Below are positions 38,512-47,124 of a stretch of 56,557 nucleotides of DNA, in pieces. Every line of letters starts with the position of its first letter. The first letter of the stretch is position 1. The notes beneath the pieces are model-generated. The model ran no database searches, was not told where the DNA came from, and saw only the letters and a list, made by a program, of their open reading frames with translations. The DNA comes from a virus. Taxonomy: Duplodnaviria; Caudoviricetes. The DNA lies in the IMG/VR virus record IMGVR_UViG_3300034109_000654, positions 1-56,557 of that record; one strand, 5' to 3'. A program made the position numbers and the translations under genes.

Positions 38512-40227
38512 ATGCAAATAACGGCCTCTGATATTTACAACGAGGACGGCACGTTCTCCTCCGAGCGCGCCGCCAAGGTTTACGAGCAGGCGCGGCAATG
38601 GCCGCCGGAGCAGAAGATCGCCGCCCTCAAGTGGCTCGAGTCCGCGGTTCAGCGCGACCGCATCCGCAGCCGCTACTCCAACGCCGCCGAGCTCGCTCAG
38701 GCCGTGGACCCCGACTTCGTGATAACCCCGGCCCTGAAACTGATCGCTGACGCCATCGAGACCGTCCTGGCCAAGCCTCGCCACAACCTGCTCATCACGA
38801 CACCTCCGCAGGAGGGCAAGTCGACGATGTGCGCGGTGTGGGCTCCGATCCGGGCCTGGCAGCTCAACCCCAATCGCCGGGTGATCCTGTCCTCCTACGG
38901 CGACGACCTGGCCCGCACCCATTCCACCAACTGCCGCAGCGTCATCGAGTCGCACGGCTCCGACGTGTTCGACCCGCTGACCGGAGCGCGGGTCGAGGAC
39001 AAGCTGGGACTCAAGATCAGCACCAAGTCCCGGCGCATCGACGCCTGGAAGATCGAGGGTGCCCGCGGCGGCATGGTCGCCGTCGGCCTGGGATCGGCGA
39101 TCACCGGCCGCGCCGCAGACCTGTTCATCATCGACGACCCGTACAAGAACATGCAGGAGGCCGACTCCATGACCCACCGCGAGAAGGTGGACATGTGGAT
39201 GAGTTCGGTGGCCCTGACCCGCCTGTCGCCGGAAGCCTCGATCATTCTGGTTCAGACTCGCTGGCACCCCGAGGACCTGGCGGGTAAGACCATCGCCGCC
39301 GAGGCCGAGCTGCCCCGCGATCAGCGGACCTGGCGCTACATCAACATTCCGGCCATCAGCGAGGAAGGTGTCTACGACTCGCTGAACCGGCCGCCGGGTA
39401 AGGCGATGATCTCCGCGCGTGGCCGCACCAGGGCAGAGTTCGATGCCACCCGCCGCCAGGTCGGCGAGCGGGTCTGGTACGCGCTGTACCAGGGGATGCC
39501 GACCAACCCTGCCGGCGGTCTGTTCGAGCGTGCCTGGTTCGATCCTCGCGTCAAGTCCACCGATGTCATTCAGCCGGTCGCCGCCGTGGTGGGCATCGAC
39601 CCCGCCGATTCCGGCGAGGGTGACGAGACCGGCATCATCGGCGGCGTGCTGCAGCCAGACGGCACCGTGGTCCTCACCGAGGACTGGTCGGGACTGCACA
39701 CCGCCGAGCAGTGGGCACGCAAAGCGGTCGATCTCGCGCTGACCATCGGCGCCCGAGAGATCGCTATGGAGGGCTATGCCACGTTCCGCACCTACGAGGC
39801 GGTAATTCGGCGCTCCTACCAGGAAGCCCACCGAGAAGCGCGAGAGGCGCTGGCCGAGGGCAAGGAACTGACGGCACTGCAACTCAACGCGCTCTCACCC
39901 TCCCAGCCGTTCATCATCTCCAAGTACACCGAGGCCGGTGATCCGGTGGGCCGCGCCGCCGCGCTGCGCCAGGCGCTGGAACTCAAGCGAGCACGGGTCG
40001 TCGAGTACAAGCTGGGCGTGTTCGAGGACCAGGCCGCGGACTGGCAGGCCGGTCAGCACTGCCCTGATCGGGTGGCGGCAGCGGTGATCTGCCACTGGCG
40101 GCTGTCCCGTCTGGGGTCGGGTCAGACCGACTACGCAGCCCCTCTGCACGGCACCGCCAGACCCGCTCCGGACTGGCTGACCCGGAAGGTGAGCGGCTCG
40201 CCCTCGTTACCAGTACGAAGCCGTTAG
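38512..40227 (+). CDS. terL: Terminase large subunit
   Basis: PPQEGKS, ITGRAADLFIIDDPYKN, QTRWHPEDL, ALYQGMP, VGIDPA, PDRVAA. Confidence 0.95.
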   Translation: MQITASDIYNEDGTFSSERAAKVYEQARQWPPEQKIAALKWLESAVQRDRIRSRYSNAAELAQAVDPDFVITPALKLIADAIETVLAKPRHNLLITTPPQEGKSTMCAVWAPIRAWQLNPNRRVILSSYGDDLARTHSTNCRSVIESHGSDVFDPLTGARVEDKLGLKISTKSRRIDAWKIEGARGGMVAVGLGSAITGRAADLFIIDDPYKNMQEADSMTHREKVDMWMSSVALTRLSPEASIILVQTRWHPEDLAGKTIAAEAELPRDQRTWRYINIPAISEEGVYDSLNRPPGKAMISARGRTRAEFDATRRQVGERVWYALYQGMPTNPAGGLFERAWFDPRVKSTDVIQPVAAVVGIDPADSGEGDETGIIGGVLQPDGTVVLTEDWSGLHTAEQWARKAVDLALTIGAREIAMEGYATFRTYEAVIRRSYQEAHREAREALAEGKELTALQLNALSPSQPFIISKYTEAGDPVGRAAALRQALELKRARVVEYKLGVFEDQAADWQAGQHCPDRVAAAVICHWRLSRLGSGQTDYAAPLHGTARPAPDWLTRKVSGSPSLPVRSR

Positions 40228-40268
40228 TTCACCGTTCCGTTGCACTCGGGGTTCCTAGCGTCGCCGGG

Positions 40269-40637
40269 ATGAATCGACAACAGTTCATCCGGCTGGGCCT
40301 GTCCTCCGTTCTCGCGGGAGCGATGCTCCCGCTGGCACAGGGGTCAGCCCGAGCGGTTCCTCTGGTGGGTGGTTACGGTCTGGTTCCCAACGCCTGGGCG
40401 CTGGCTGACTATGTTCGCAGCACCTATCCGGGTGTGCAGTCCATCGGTGGGGTGCGGTCTGATCCGCTGCCCGACCACCCGTCCGGTCACGCCATCGACA
40501 TCATGGTCGGCGGCAACACCGCGTTGGGTAACGCGATCCACGCCGACATTCTCAGTCAGTCGGGCCGGTTCGGGGTCAGCTACACGTTGTGGCAGGTGGC
40601 GTATCACTACGACCACATTCACGTCACGGTGTTCTGA
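40269..40637 (+). CDS. Exported small protein with LAS-type metallopeptidase-like domain
   Basis: Tat-like signal (MNRQQFIRLG...ARA); DHPSGHAIDIMV...HYDHIHV. Confidence 0.65.
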   Translation: MNRQQFIRLGLSSVLAGAMLPLAQGSARAVPLVGGYGLVPNAWALADYVRSTYPGVQSIGGVRSDPLPDHPSGHAIDIMVGGNTALGNAIHADILSQSGRFGVSYTLWQVAYHYDHIHVTVF

Positions 40638-40752
40638 ACACCTGACGCACCATCTCTGCCTCATACTCGTCGCGCCCGATAATCACCGTTCCGTCGGGCA
40701 GGGTGAACACCTCGGAATCCACCGGGAACTCGTCAGCAGCCATCGCCTGACT

Positions 40753-41223
40753 CTAGATCAGATCTAAGGTTTCCACGGTGATGTGGGCTCCGGTGGGCTC
40801 GTCGCGTTCGGCGATACGCTTCCAGACGTTGAACGACACGATCTGGGAGTCGTCGCAGTAGACCGTTCCGGTCAGGGCGTCACAGACCCCACGGGTCAGC
40901 TTGTCCAGATCGGGGACCTTGACGGCCAGCGGCGTCGGCTTGTTCTTGGGAGTGGCCCGAGGCCGGTGCAGCACGAAGCCGATCGACAGGTAGATGCCGG
41001 TGGGCGGGCACCACGGGTCCCGGCCGTCCATCACATAGGTCGCCCTGGTTTTGACCTGAGTCCGCCACAGCCGCAGCGCGTCACCGGACGCCTCGGTCAT
41101 CACGATGCGTTTGGTGTGCGGGTGCTGGAAGGCCCGCTTGGACCCCTGCGGTTTCGGTGTGCCGGGAACCCAGAACTGTATTCGCAGGATGCGGGTCGTG
41201 TTCAGGGTGTCGGCCACACACAA
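40753..41223 (-). CDS. rusA: RusA-family Holliday junction resolvase
   Basis: PGTPKPQGSK; PDLDKLTRGVCDAL; DDSQIV. Start is uncertain. Confidence 0.9.
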   Translation of the reverse strand: MCVADTLNTTRILRIQFWVPGTPKPQGSKRAFQHPHTKRIVMTEASGDALRLWRTQVKTRATYVMDGRDPWCPPTGIYLSIGFVLHRPRATPKNKPTPLAVKVPDLDKLTRGVCDALTGTVYCDDSQIVSFNVWKRIAERDEPTGAHITVETLDLI

Positions 41224-41272
41224 AGCCTACTGACCGTAGGTGTTCTGCACCCCGGTGCGACACAGTGCTGTC

Positions 41273-41602
41273 ATGGCCTCAACCGTGCTCGTTCTCGCTA
41301 TTTACGTCCTCGCCGTGATGCGGCTTACCAGGCTGGTCAACGCCGACACGATCCTCGACCCGGTGCGTATCCGCGCAGCGCGCAAATACGGCCCGGCATC
41401 AACGCTGGTGGAGTTTCTGGGCTGCCCGTGGTGTGTCGGCATGTGGTTCTCGCTGCTGCTGGCGATTCCGGTGGTCAGCTTCCTGGGGTGGCCGTGGTGG
41501 TCGCTGATTCCTGTCGGCCTGGCCTGTTCGCAGTTGGTCGGTATGTTCGCCCCGCTCTACAACGACGACGAGATTGAGTACGAGCCGCTCGAGGCCGACT
41601 AG
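41273..41602 (+). CDS. DUF1360-like membrane protein
   Basis: RLTRLVNADTI...LGCPWCVGMW. Confidence 0.8.
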   Translation: MASTVLVLAIYVLAVMRLTRLVNADTILDPVRIRAARKYGPASTLVEFLGCPWCVGMWFSLLLAIPVVSFLGWPWWSLIPVGLACSQLVGMFAPLYNDDEIEYEPLEAD

Positions 41603-41627
41603 CACCACCCTTGGATAACGTGACAGC

Positions 41628-43472
41628 GTGGCGGCTCCTGATCTGCGAATAGTCCGGCGGCGGCGGCGGGGCGCTGTGTCGGCATCTCTGGTCGCGGCGA
41701 GCGCCCCGGTTGACAACCCGCAGGCGACGTTCAAGAACTCGATGGCCATTGCCGGCCGAACCGGCTGGCAGACCGAAGCCTGGAACATGATGGACAACGT
41801 CGGCGAGCTCCGGTACTACGTCAACTGGCGGTCGCACTCCTGCAGTCGCGTTCGACTGGTGGCCTCCGAACTCGACGATTCCGGCCTGCCTACCGGCAAG
41901 ACCTCCAACGCGCGGGTCGACGCCATCGTCAAAGCCATCGGTGGCGGCTCTCAGCTGACCGTGGGACAGCTCATCAAGCGGACGGTGGAGTGTCTGACCG
42001 TCGTCGGTGAGGTGTGGGTCGCCATCATCATTCAGCCTGACGGTCGGGAGCGGTGGTACGCCTTCTCCCGCGACGAGATCCGCAAGAAGGGCGAGGAGGT
42101 CACGGTCACGCTGCCCGACGGCACCGATCACGACCTGCGGCCCAACGTCGATGTCATCTTCCGTGTGTGGAACCCGCACCCTCGCAAGGCTGCCGACCCC
42201 GACTCCTCGGTGCGCTCCAATCTCGACGTGCTCCATGAGATCGTCCGCACCACGCAGACCATCGCCAACGCCGGGAAGTCCCGCCTGATCGGCAACGGCA
42301 TCGTGTTCGTGCCCCAGGAGATGAGCCTGCCGATGGCGCACGGCCCGATGGCGGCGGCTCCTGACGGCGGTCCTCGAGGGCTGGGGCTGACCGGGCTGCC
42401 TGCCGTTCAGGAGCTGCAGGAGCTTCTGTTCAACGTCGCCAAGGTCGCCTACGAGGACGATGAGTCCTTTGCGGCGATGATCCCCATATTCGCCAGCGTG
42501 CCCGGCGACATGATCGGGAAGGTGTCGCATCTGAAGTTCGACAACGAGATCACCGACACCAACATCAAGATTCGCAACGACGCCATTCACCGCCTCGCTC
42601 TGGGCCTGGACGTGTCCCCGGAACGGATGCTCGGTCTGGGGTCCTCGACGAATCACTGGTCGGCCTGGCAGATCGGTGACACTGACGTGCAGCTGCATAT
42701 CGCCCCGGTGATGGAGACCGTCTGCGACGCCATCACGCAGCAGGTGTTCCGCAACGTGCTGATCCGCGAGGGCATCGACCCCGACGACTACATCGTCTGG
42801 TACGACGCCTCGCAGCTGACCGTCGATCCGGACAAGACCCACTCGGCCACTGACGCCTTCGACCGGGGTGTCATCAACGCCGAGGCGTACCGCGCCTATC
42901 TGGGCCTGGACGCCGATGCGGGCTACGACCTGGCCAGCCTGGACGGGTGGCGGCGGTGGGCGCAGGATCGGGTGTCCCAGGACCCGAAGATGTTCCCCCA
43001 GTTCCTGCCGCTGCTGGACCCCAAGGTGCAGAACGCGATCCCCGAACCGGAGCCGATCGGAAATCCTGTGGGTCGGCCCGAAGTACCCAAGACATCGGAC
43101 ACCACCAACACCGGAGGTAAGCCGTTGACCGAGGGGAAGTCACCCGGCTACGACCAGGGCAAGCGCGGGCGCAAATCTGATGTCGCCTCGAGGGCGATCA
43201 TCGAGGTGATGGTGTCGCGCGCTCTGGAACTGGCCGGGAAACGACGCCGCACCCGCGCCGACAATGACCGGTTGCGCGGCTTGAAACCGCAGCACTTCCA
43301 CCGGGTGATGGAGCCGGTCGGCGAGGACGACATCCCTGAACTCATCAAGGGCTGGGACGACGCACTGGAAGCCGACACGCTGGCCCTGGTCGGACTGGAC
43401 ATCGAGGTGGTGCGCGACGAGGTGCGCCGCGAGGTTCGCCGGCAGTTGACCGCGCAGGTGGTCAATGCCTAG
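41628..43472 (+). CDS. Portal protein
   Basis: WQTEAWNMMDNVGELRY, VWNPHPR, SRLIGNGI, NHWSAW; position between terL and the protease. Confidence 0.85.
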   Translation: MAAPDLRIVRRRRRGAVSASLVAASAPVDNPQATFKNSMAIAGRTGWQTEAWNMMDNVGELRYYVNWRSHSCSRVRLVASELDDSGLPTGKTSNARVDAIVKAIGGGSQLTVGQLIKRTVECLTVVGEVWVAIIIQPDGRERWYAFSRDEIRKKGEEVTVTLPDGTDHDLRPNVDVIFRVWNPHPRKAADPDSSVRSNLDVLHEIVRTTQTIANAGKSRLIGNGIVFVPQEMSLPMAHGPMAAAPDGGPRGLGLTGLPAVQELQELLFNVAKVAYEDDESFAAMIPIFASVPGDMIGKVSHLKFDNEITDTNIKIRNDAIHRLALGLDVSPERMLGLGSSTNHWSAWQIGDTDVQLHIAPVMETVCDAITQQVFRNVLIREGIDPDDYIVWYDASQLTVDPDKTHSATDAFDRGVINAEAYRAYLGLDADAGYDLASLDGWRRWAQDRVSQDPKMFPQFLPLLDPKVQNAIPEPEPIGNPVGRPEVPKTSDTTNTGGKPLTEGKSPGYDQGKRGRKSDVASRAIIEVMVSRALELAGKRRRTRADNDRLRGLKPQHFHRVMEPVGEDDIPELIKGWDDALEADTLALVGLDIEVVRDEVRREVRRQLTAQVVNA

Positions 43473-43512
43473 CACTGCCGGTCGATACCGTGGCACCGGA
43501 TTGGAGGACGCA

Positions 43513-45156
43513 ATGACTGACACCATCGGTGACTTCGACACGTCGCTGGATGAGGTGACGGAGGTGGAGGGCGAGACCTTCCGCACGTTCACCAACGCGG
43601 TGATCGCCCTGGTGGGCCAGCCCACCAGCGACGGCAGGATGCTGGCGCAGAACATCGACTTGTCGTTCCGCACCTTCCCGCTGCCGCTGATGTGGTGCAA
43701 GCAGTCCAAGGAAGGTCACTCCGACTCCTACACCGTCGGGGTCATCGAGAGCGCCGCGCTCAACGGCGGCACGGTGGTGGCGTCGGGGTATCTGCTCAAC
43801 ACCGCCGAGGCTGACGAGGCTGCCAACGAACTGGCGCATGGAGTGTCCAGCCCCAGTGTCGATCTGGCGTCCGCGGAGTGGGTGTTCACCGACGCTTCCG
43901 GGGTGGAGTTGGCCGAGGACGCCTCGCCGGACACTCCGATGTTCATGACGTTCACCAAGGCTGAACTGATCGGCACGACGCTGGTCGCCACCGCCGCGTT
44001 CGGGGACACCAAGCTGTCGCTCAACGAGAACCGGGAGCCGCGCGAGGTCGCTCTGGTGGCCAGTGCCGCCGAGGAGTTCCGGCCCAAGGTCTACGACCAC
44101 CGGCTCTTTGAGAACCCGAACCTGCCGGGCCCGACGCTGCCGACGATGGGGGCCGACGGTCGCATCGTGGGGCACCTGGCGGTGTTCGGTCAGTGCCATC
44201 GCAGTGTGCAGACCGAGTGTGTGATGGTGCCGCGCTCACCCAGCGACTACACCCATTTCCACACCAGCCCGGCGATTCGGCTGGACAACGGACAGCGGCT
44301 GCCGGTGGGGCGGCTGACGGTGGGGACCGGACACGCCGACCCTCGGCTTGGGGCAGCCCCGGCAGCCGCTCACTACGACAACACCGGGTCGTGCTTCGCC
44401 CTGGTGCGGGTCGGGGAGGATGCTCATGGCATCTGGTTCTCCGGTGTGGCCGCTCCGTGGGCCACACCGGATCAGGTGGAGCAGGGGGTGTCCTCGCCGC
44501 TGTCCGGTGACTGGCGCAACTTCGGCCAGGGACTCGATCTGGTGGCCGCGTTGGCGGTGAACACGCCGGGGTTCTCGGCGCGGGGCCGTGACGACGATCA
44601 GGGCCAGCCGTTGGCGTTGGTGGCGTCGGTGGGGCCGGTGGTCAAGCCGGGCCACAAGCACACCGGCCTGACTCGCAGCCAGATCAAGGAAGTGGTGCTC
44701 GAAGCCCTCCTCGAGGAGTCCGAGCGTAAGAACCGGGCCATCGAGACGATGGCGGCGATCATCCGGGCCGAGAAGCTGGTGGGCAAGCCGCCCACGGTGC
44801 GGGAGCGCGTCAGGGACCTGCTGGCGGGATTCTCCGAGGGAAACACCCCGCCGCCTGCCGTCCGGGCAGAGGCCCGCCGCGGACTCAAGTGGCGCGACGA
44901 GTTCAACCGCGGCGGCACCGCTGTCGGGGTGGCTCGCGCCCGCGACCTGTCCAACGGCAAGTCGATCAGCAGCGACACCATCAGCCGGATGAACTCCTAC
45001 TTCGCCCGCCACGAGGTGGACAAGAAGGGCAAGGGGTGGAGCCCCGGTTCGGAGGGCTACCCCAGCGCCGGACGTATCGCCTGGGCCTTGTGGGGCGGCG
45101 ATGCGGGCCGGTCGTGGAGCGCGTCAGTGTCGAAGAAGAACAAGAAGGAGAACTGA
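43513..45156 (+). CDS. Capsid maturation protease with appended C-terminal domain
   Basis: GGAGG RBS; TSDGR, LPLMW, SVDL, TLVATAAF, GRIVGHLA, LSGDWR, VNTPGF; extra basic domain ending IAWALWGGDAGRSW. Confidence 0.75.
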   Translation: MTDTIGDFDTSLDEVTEVEGETFRTFTNAVIALVGQPTSDGRMLAQNIDLSFRTFPLPLMWCKQSKEGHSDSYTVGVIESAALNGGTVVASGYLLNTAEADEAANELAHGVSSPSVDLASAEWVFTDASGVELAEDASPDTPMFMTFTKAELIGTTLVATAAFGDTKLSLNENREPREVALVASAAEEFRPKVYDHRLFENPNLPGPTLPTMGADGRIVGHLAVFGQCHRSVQTECVMVPRSPSDYTHFHTSPAIRLDNGQRLPVGRLTVGTGHADPRLGAAPAAAHYDNTGSCFALVRVGEDAHGIWFSGVAAPWATPDQVEQGVSSPLSGDWRNFGQGLDLVAALAVNTPGFSARGRDDDQGQPLALVASVGPVVKPGHKHTGLTRSQIKEVVLEALLEESERKNRAIETMAAIIRAEKLVGKPPTVRERVRDLLAGFSEGNTPPPAVRAEARRGLKWRDEFNRGGTAVGVARARDLSNGKSISSDTISRMNSYFARHEVDKKGKGWSPGSEGYPSAGRIAWALWGGDAGRSWSASVSKKNKKEN

Positions 45157-45157
45157 G

Positions 45158-45477
45158 ATGGGTCACAACAAGACGCCCAACAAGCCGGGAACCACGACGC
45201 ACGCCAATCCGTCGGGTCCGGTGAAGAAGGCAGACCCGCGAGGCTACAAGGGTCTCGGCGGCGGTAAGAGCAAGTAATGGGATGCGGGTGCTCCAAAGCG
45301 TCCCGCTACCGCGCGGCCGGCATGGAGATCAGCGGCTACCGGGTGACGCTGCCGGACGGCACCGTCGTGCCGCCGCTGGACATGCCGCCGTTCCTGTCTC
45401 CCATCGAGGCCAAGGCCGAGGTACGGGCAGCCGGGGGCGGCACAGTCCGCACCGAGGCGCACAAGAGGATCGAATGA
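45158..45477 (+). CDS. Two small ORFs (45158-45277; 45277-45477 starting MGCGC)
   Basis: AAGGAG RBS and TAATG coupling. Confidence 0.6.
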
Positions 45478-45767
45478 TCCGCGCAATGGCGGTCGGGGCA
45501 CTGCTGGCGGCGGTGGCCCTGGCCCCTCACGCCAGGGCCGACGACCGGTCGTTCCTCGACGCGGTGGCGGTGTTGGGTTACACCGACCGCAGTGAGGCTC
45601 TGCGTAACGGCTATACGGTGTGCGTGATGCGTACCGAGGCCAGCGGTGATTTGACCGACCGCGTGCTGCGGGAGGTGCTGAGCCGGTTGGATCGCCCGGA
45701 GGCGGCGGCAGAGAGCGACGAGTTCGCCGCTCTTGCCGTCAAGCACCTCTGCCCCGAGCTGGCCTAG
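45474..45767 (+). CDS. DUF732-like secreted protein
   Basis: Signal peptide ending ARA|DD; FLDAV...GYTVC...AVKHLCP. Confidence 0.75.
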   Translation: MIRAMAVGALLAAVALAPHARADDRSFLDAVAVLGYTDRSEALRNGYTVCVMRTEASGDLTDRVLREVLSRLDRPEAAAESDEFAALAVKHLCPELA

Positions 45768-46717
45768 TCCTCACTGAGCCGGTCGGTGATCCGGCGCAGA
45801 TCATCCAGCGACGACGCGGTGTATATCTGAGTCGTGGCCACGCTGGCGTGGCCGAGCAGATCGCGCACCTGAATCAGATTGGCTCCCAGACGCAGGCTCC
45901 GGGTGGCGTAGCGGTGACGCAGCTTGTGCATCGTCCACCCGCCGGGCATCAGTTCCCCGACCAGCTTGCCCACCGTGGCTGCCGACAGGTGTCCGTTCTC
46001 CTGGCCGGGGAACAGATACCCGCCGTTGGGCCGAAACCGGCGTATCGCCAGGGCCAGCTTCTCGCCGACCGGAACGATCCGCTGCTTGCCGCCCTTGCCG
46101 TGCACGATCAGTGACCAACCGACGAGGTCCTCGATGAGGTCCTGAGTGTGGCAGCGGGCCACCTCTCCGCGCCGCATTCCCGCTTCTCCGGCCAGGCGCA
46201 CCATCATCCGTTCCCGTTCGGGAGCGGCGATGAGGGTCTCCTGCCACATGCCGTCGGGGACAGGTCGAGGTCTGCCTGGCCGTGCTGAGACCTTGGGCAG
46301 CCGGATGGCCGGATTGCTCTCGCAGAGACCATTGGTCACCGCCCAGTCGTAGAACCCGATCAACGAGCACCGCACACCGCGTCGGTGCTCGTTGCTCCAT
46401 CCCTCCTCGCTGCACAGCCGAACCAACGTCGCCAGGTCGATGTCGCGGGGATGGTGTGTCTCGCTGCGGCGGGCTATCTCGCGGACGTGGCCCCGCCGTG
46501 TCCGTTGCGTGGTTTTCGGCATCCCGCTGGCGGCCAGCCAGATCAGCCAGCCGCTGACCGCGCTTTCCCAGGAAGCCGAGAGTTGATACTTCTGTTTGTG
46601 TGTGCGGGGTCTGGGCACGTCTGAATTAATTACACTGCCGTTGATTTCTTCCACAACAAGTTTCAGGACTTGTTGCCGTTTTGTAGCAAACTTACTTACA
46701 CGGGTGTTACCTGACAT
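45764..46717 (-). CDS. int: Tyrosine recombinase/integrase (compact; start uncertain)
   Basis: Full catalytic set: GMRRGE, HGKGGK, HKLRH, LLGH, TQIY. Confidence 0.92.
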   Translation of the reverse strand: MSGNTRVSKFATKRQQVLKLVVEEINGSVINSDVPRPRTHKQKYQLSASWESAVSGWLIWLAASGMPKTTQRTRRGHVREIARRSETHHPRDIDLATLVRLCSEEGWSNEHRRGVRCSLIGFYDWAVTNGLCESNPAIRLPKVSARPGRPRPVPDGMWQETLIAAPERERMMVRLAGEAGMRRGEVARCHTQDLIEDLVGWSLIVHGKGGKQRIVPVGEKLALAIRRFRPNGGYLFPGQENGHLSAATVGKLVGELMPGGWTMHKLRHRYATRSLRLGANLIQVRDLLGHASVATTQIYTASSLDDLRRITDRLSED

Positions 46718-46774
46718 GGTTGACGGTCCCTCCGCACCGTTGTGGCTAGTAGTTGACTTTTCAACTACTCACCG

Positions 46775-46808
46775 GGCGGTTGATGGTTCGAGTCCATCCG
46801 GGGGAGCA
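46775..46808 (+). other. tRNA 3'-half (T-arm + acceptor strand, tRNA-Asn-like); probable attP core
   Basis: ggtt-gatgg-ttcgagt-ccatc-cggggga-gca directly upstream of int; no canonical D-arm or anticodon arm. Confidence 0.75.
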
Positions 46809-47124
46809 GCAAAGCTGTGGTAGCCTTGGCTCGGCTTCGGCCACAGCCTTCCCGTCGGGGGACGTGGAACCGGCTGTATCGGCGGTGGTAGGTCCGGTCA
46901 GGGGACGGGACCTACCCCCGTCGAGTTCCCGGTGGACTGTCATCGTGACCCTTTTTCGGGCTCCTGAAAAGACCTATTTCGTTCGCATTTTGCGTTCGCA
47001 AATACTTTGACTGCACGGCCTGTACTTACTGTCGGCAACTGCGAGAGCTTCTGATCTGGCTACGGGCCGGGGAGCGATCAACGACAGAGATGTACGGGTT
47101 CGATTCAGAACAGGAGTCAGCGCA

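Noticed and set aside
46726-46810. Complete functional tRNA gene
   Set aside because: Only the T-arm and acceptor 3' strand are canonical; there is no D-loop GG or 7-nt anticodon loop.
46761-46943. 60-aa ORF as immunity repressor
   Set aside because: No HTH or clear RBS; it reads through hairpins and the antisense tRNA segment.
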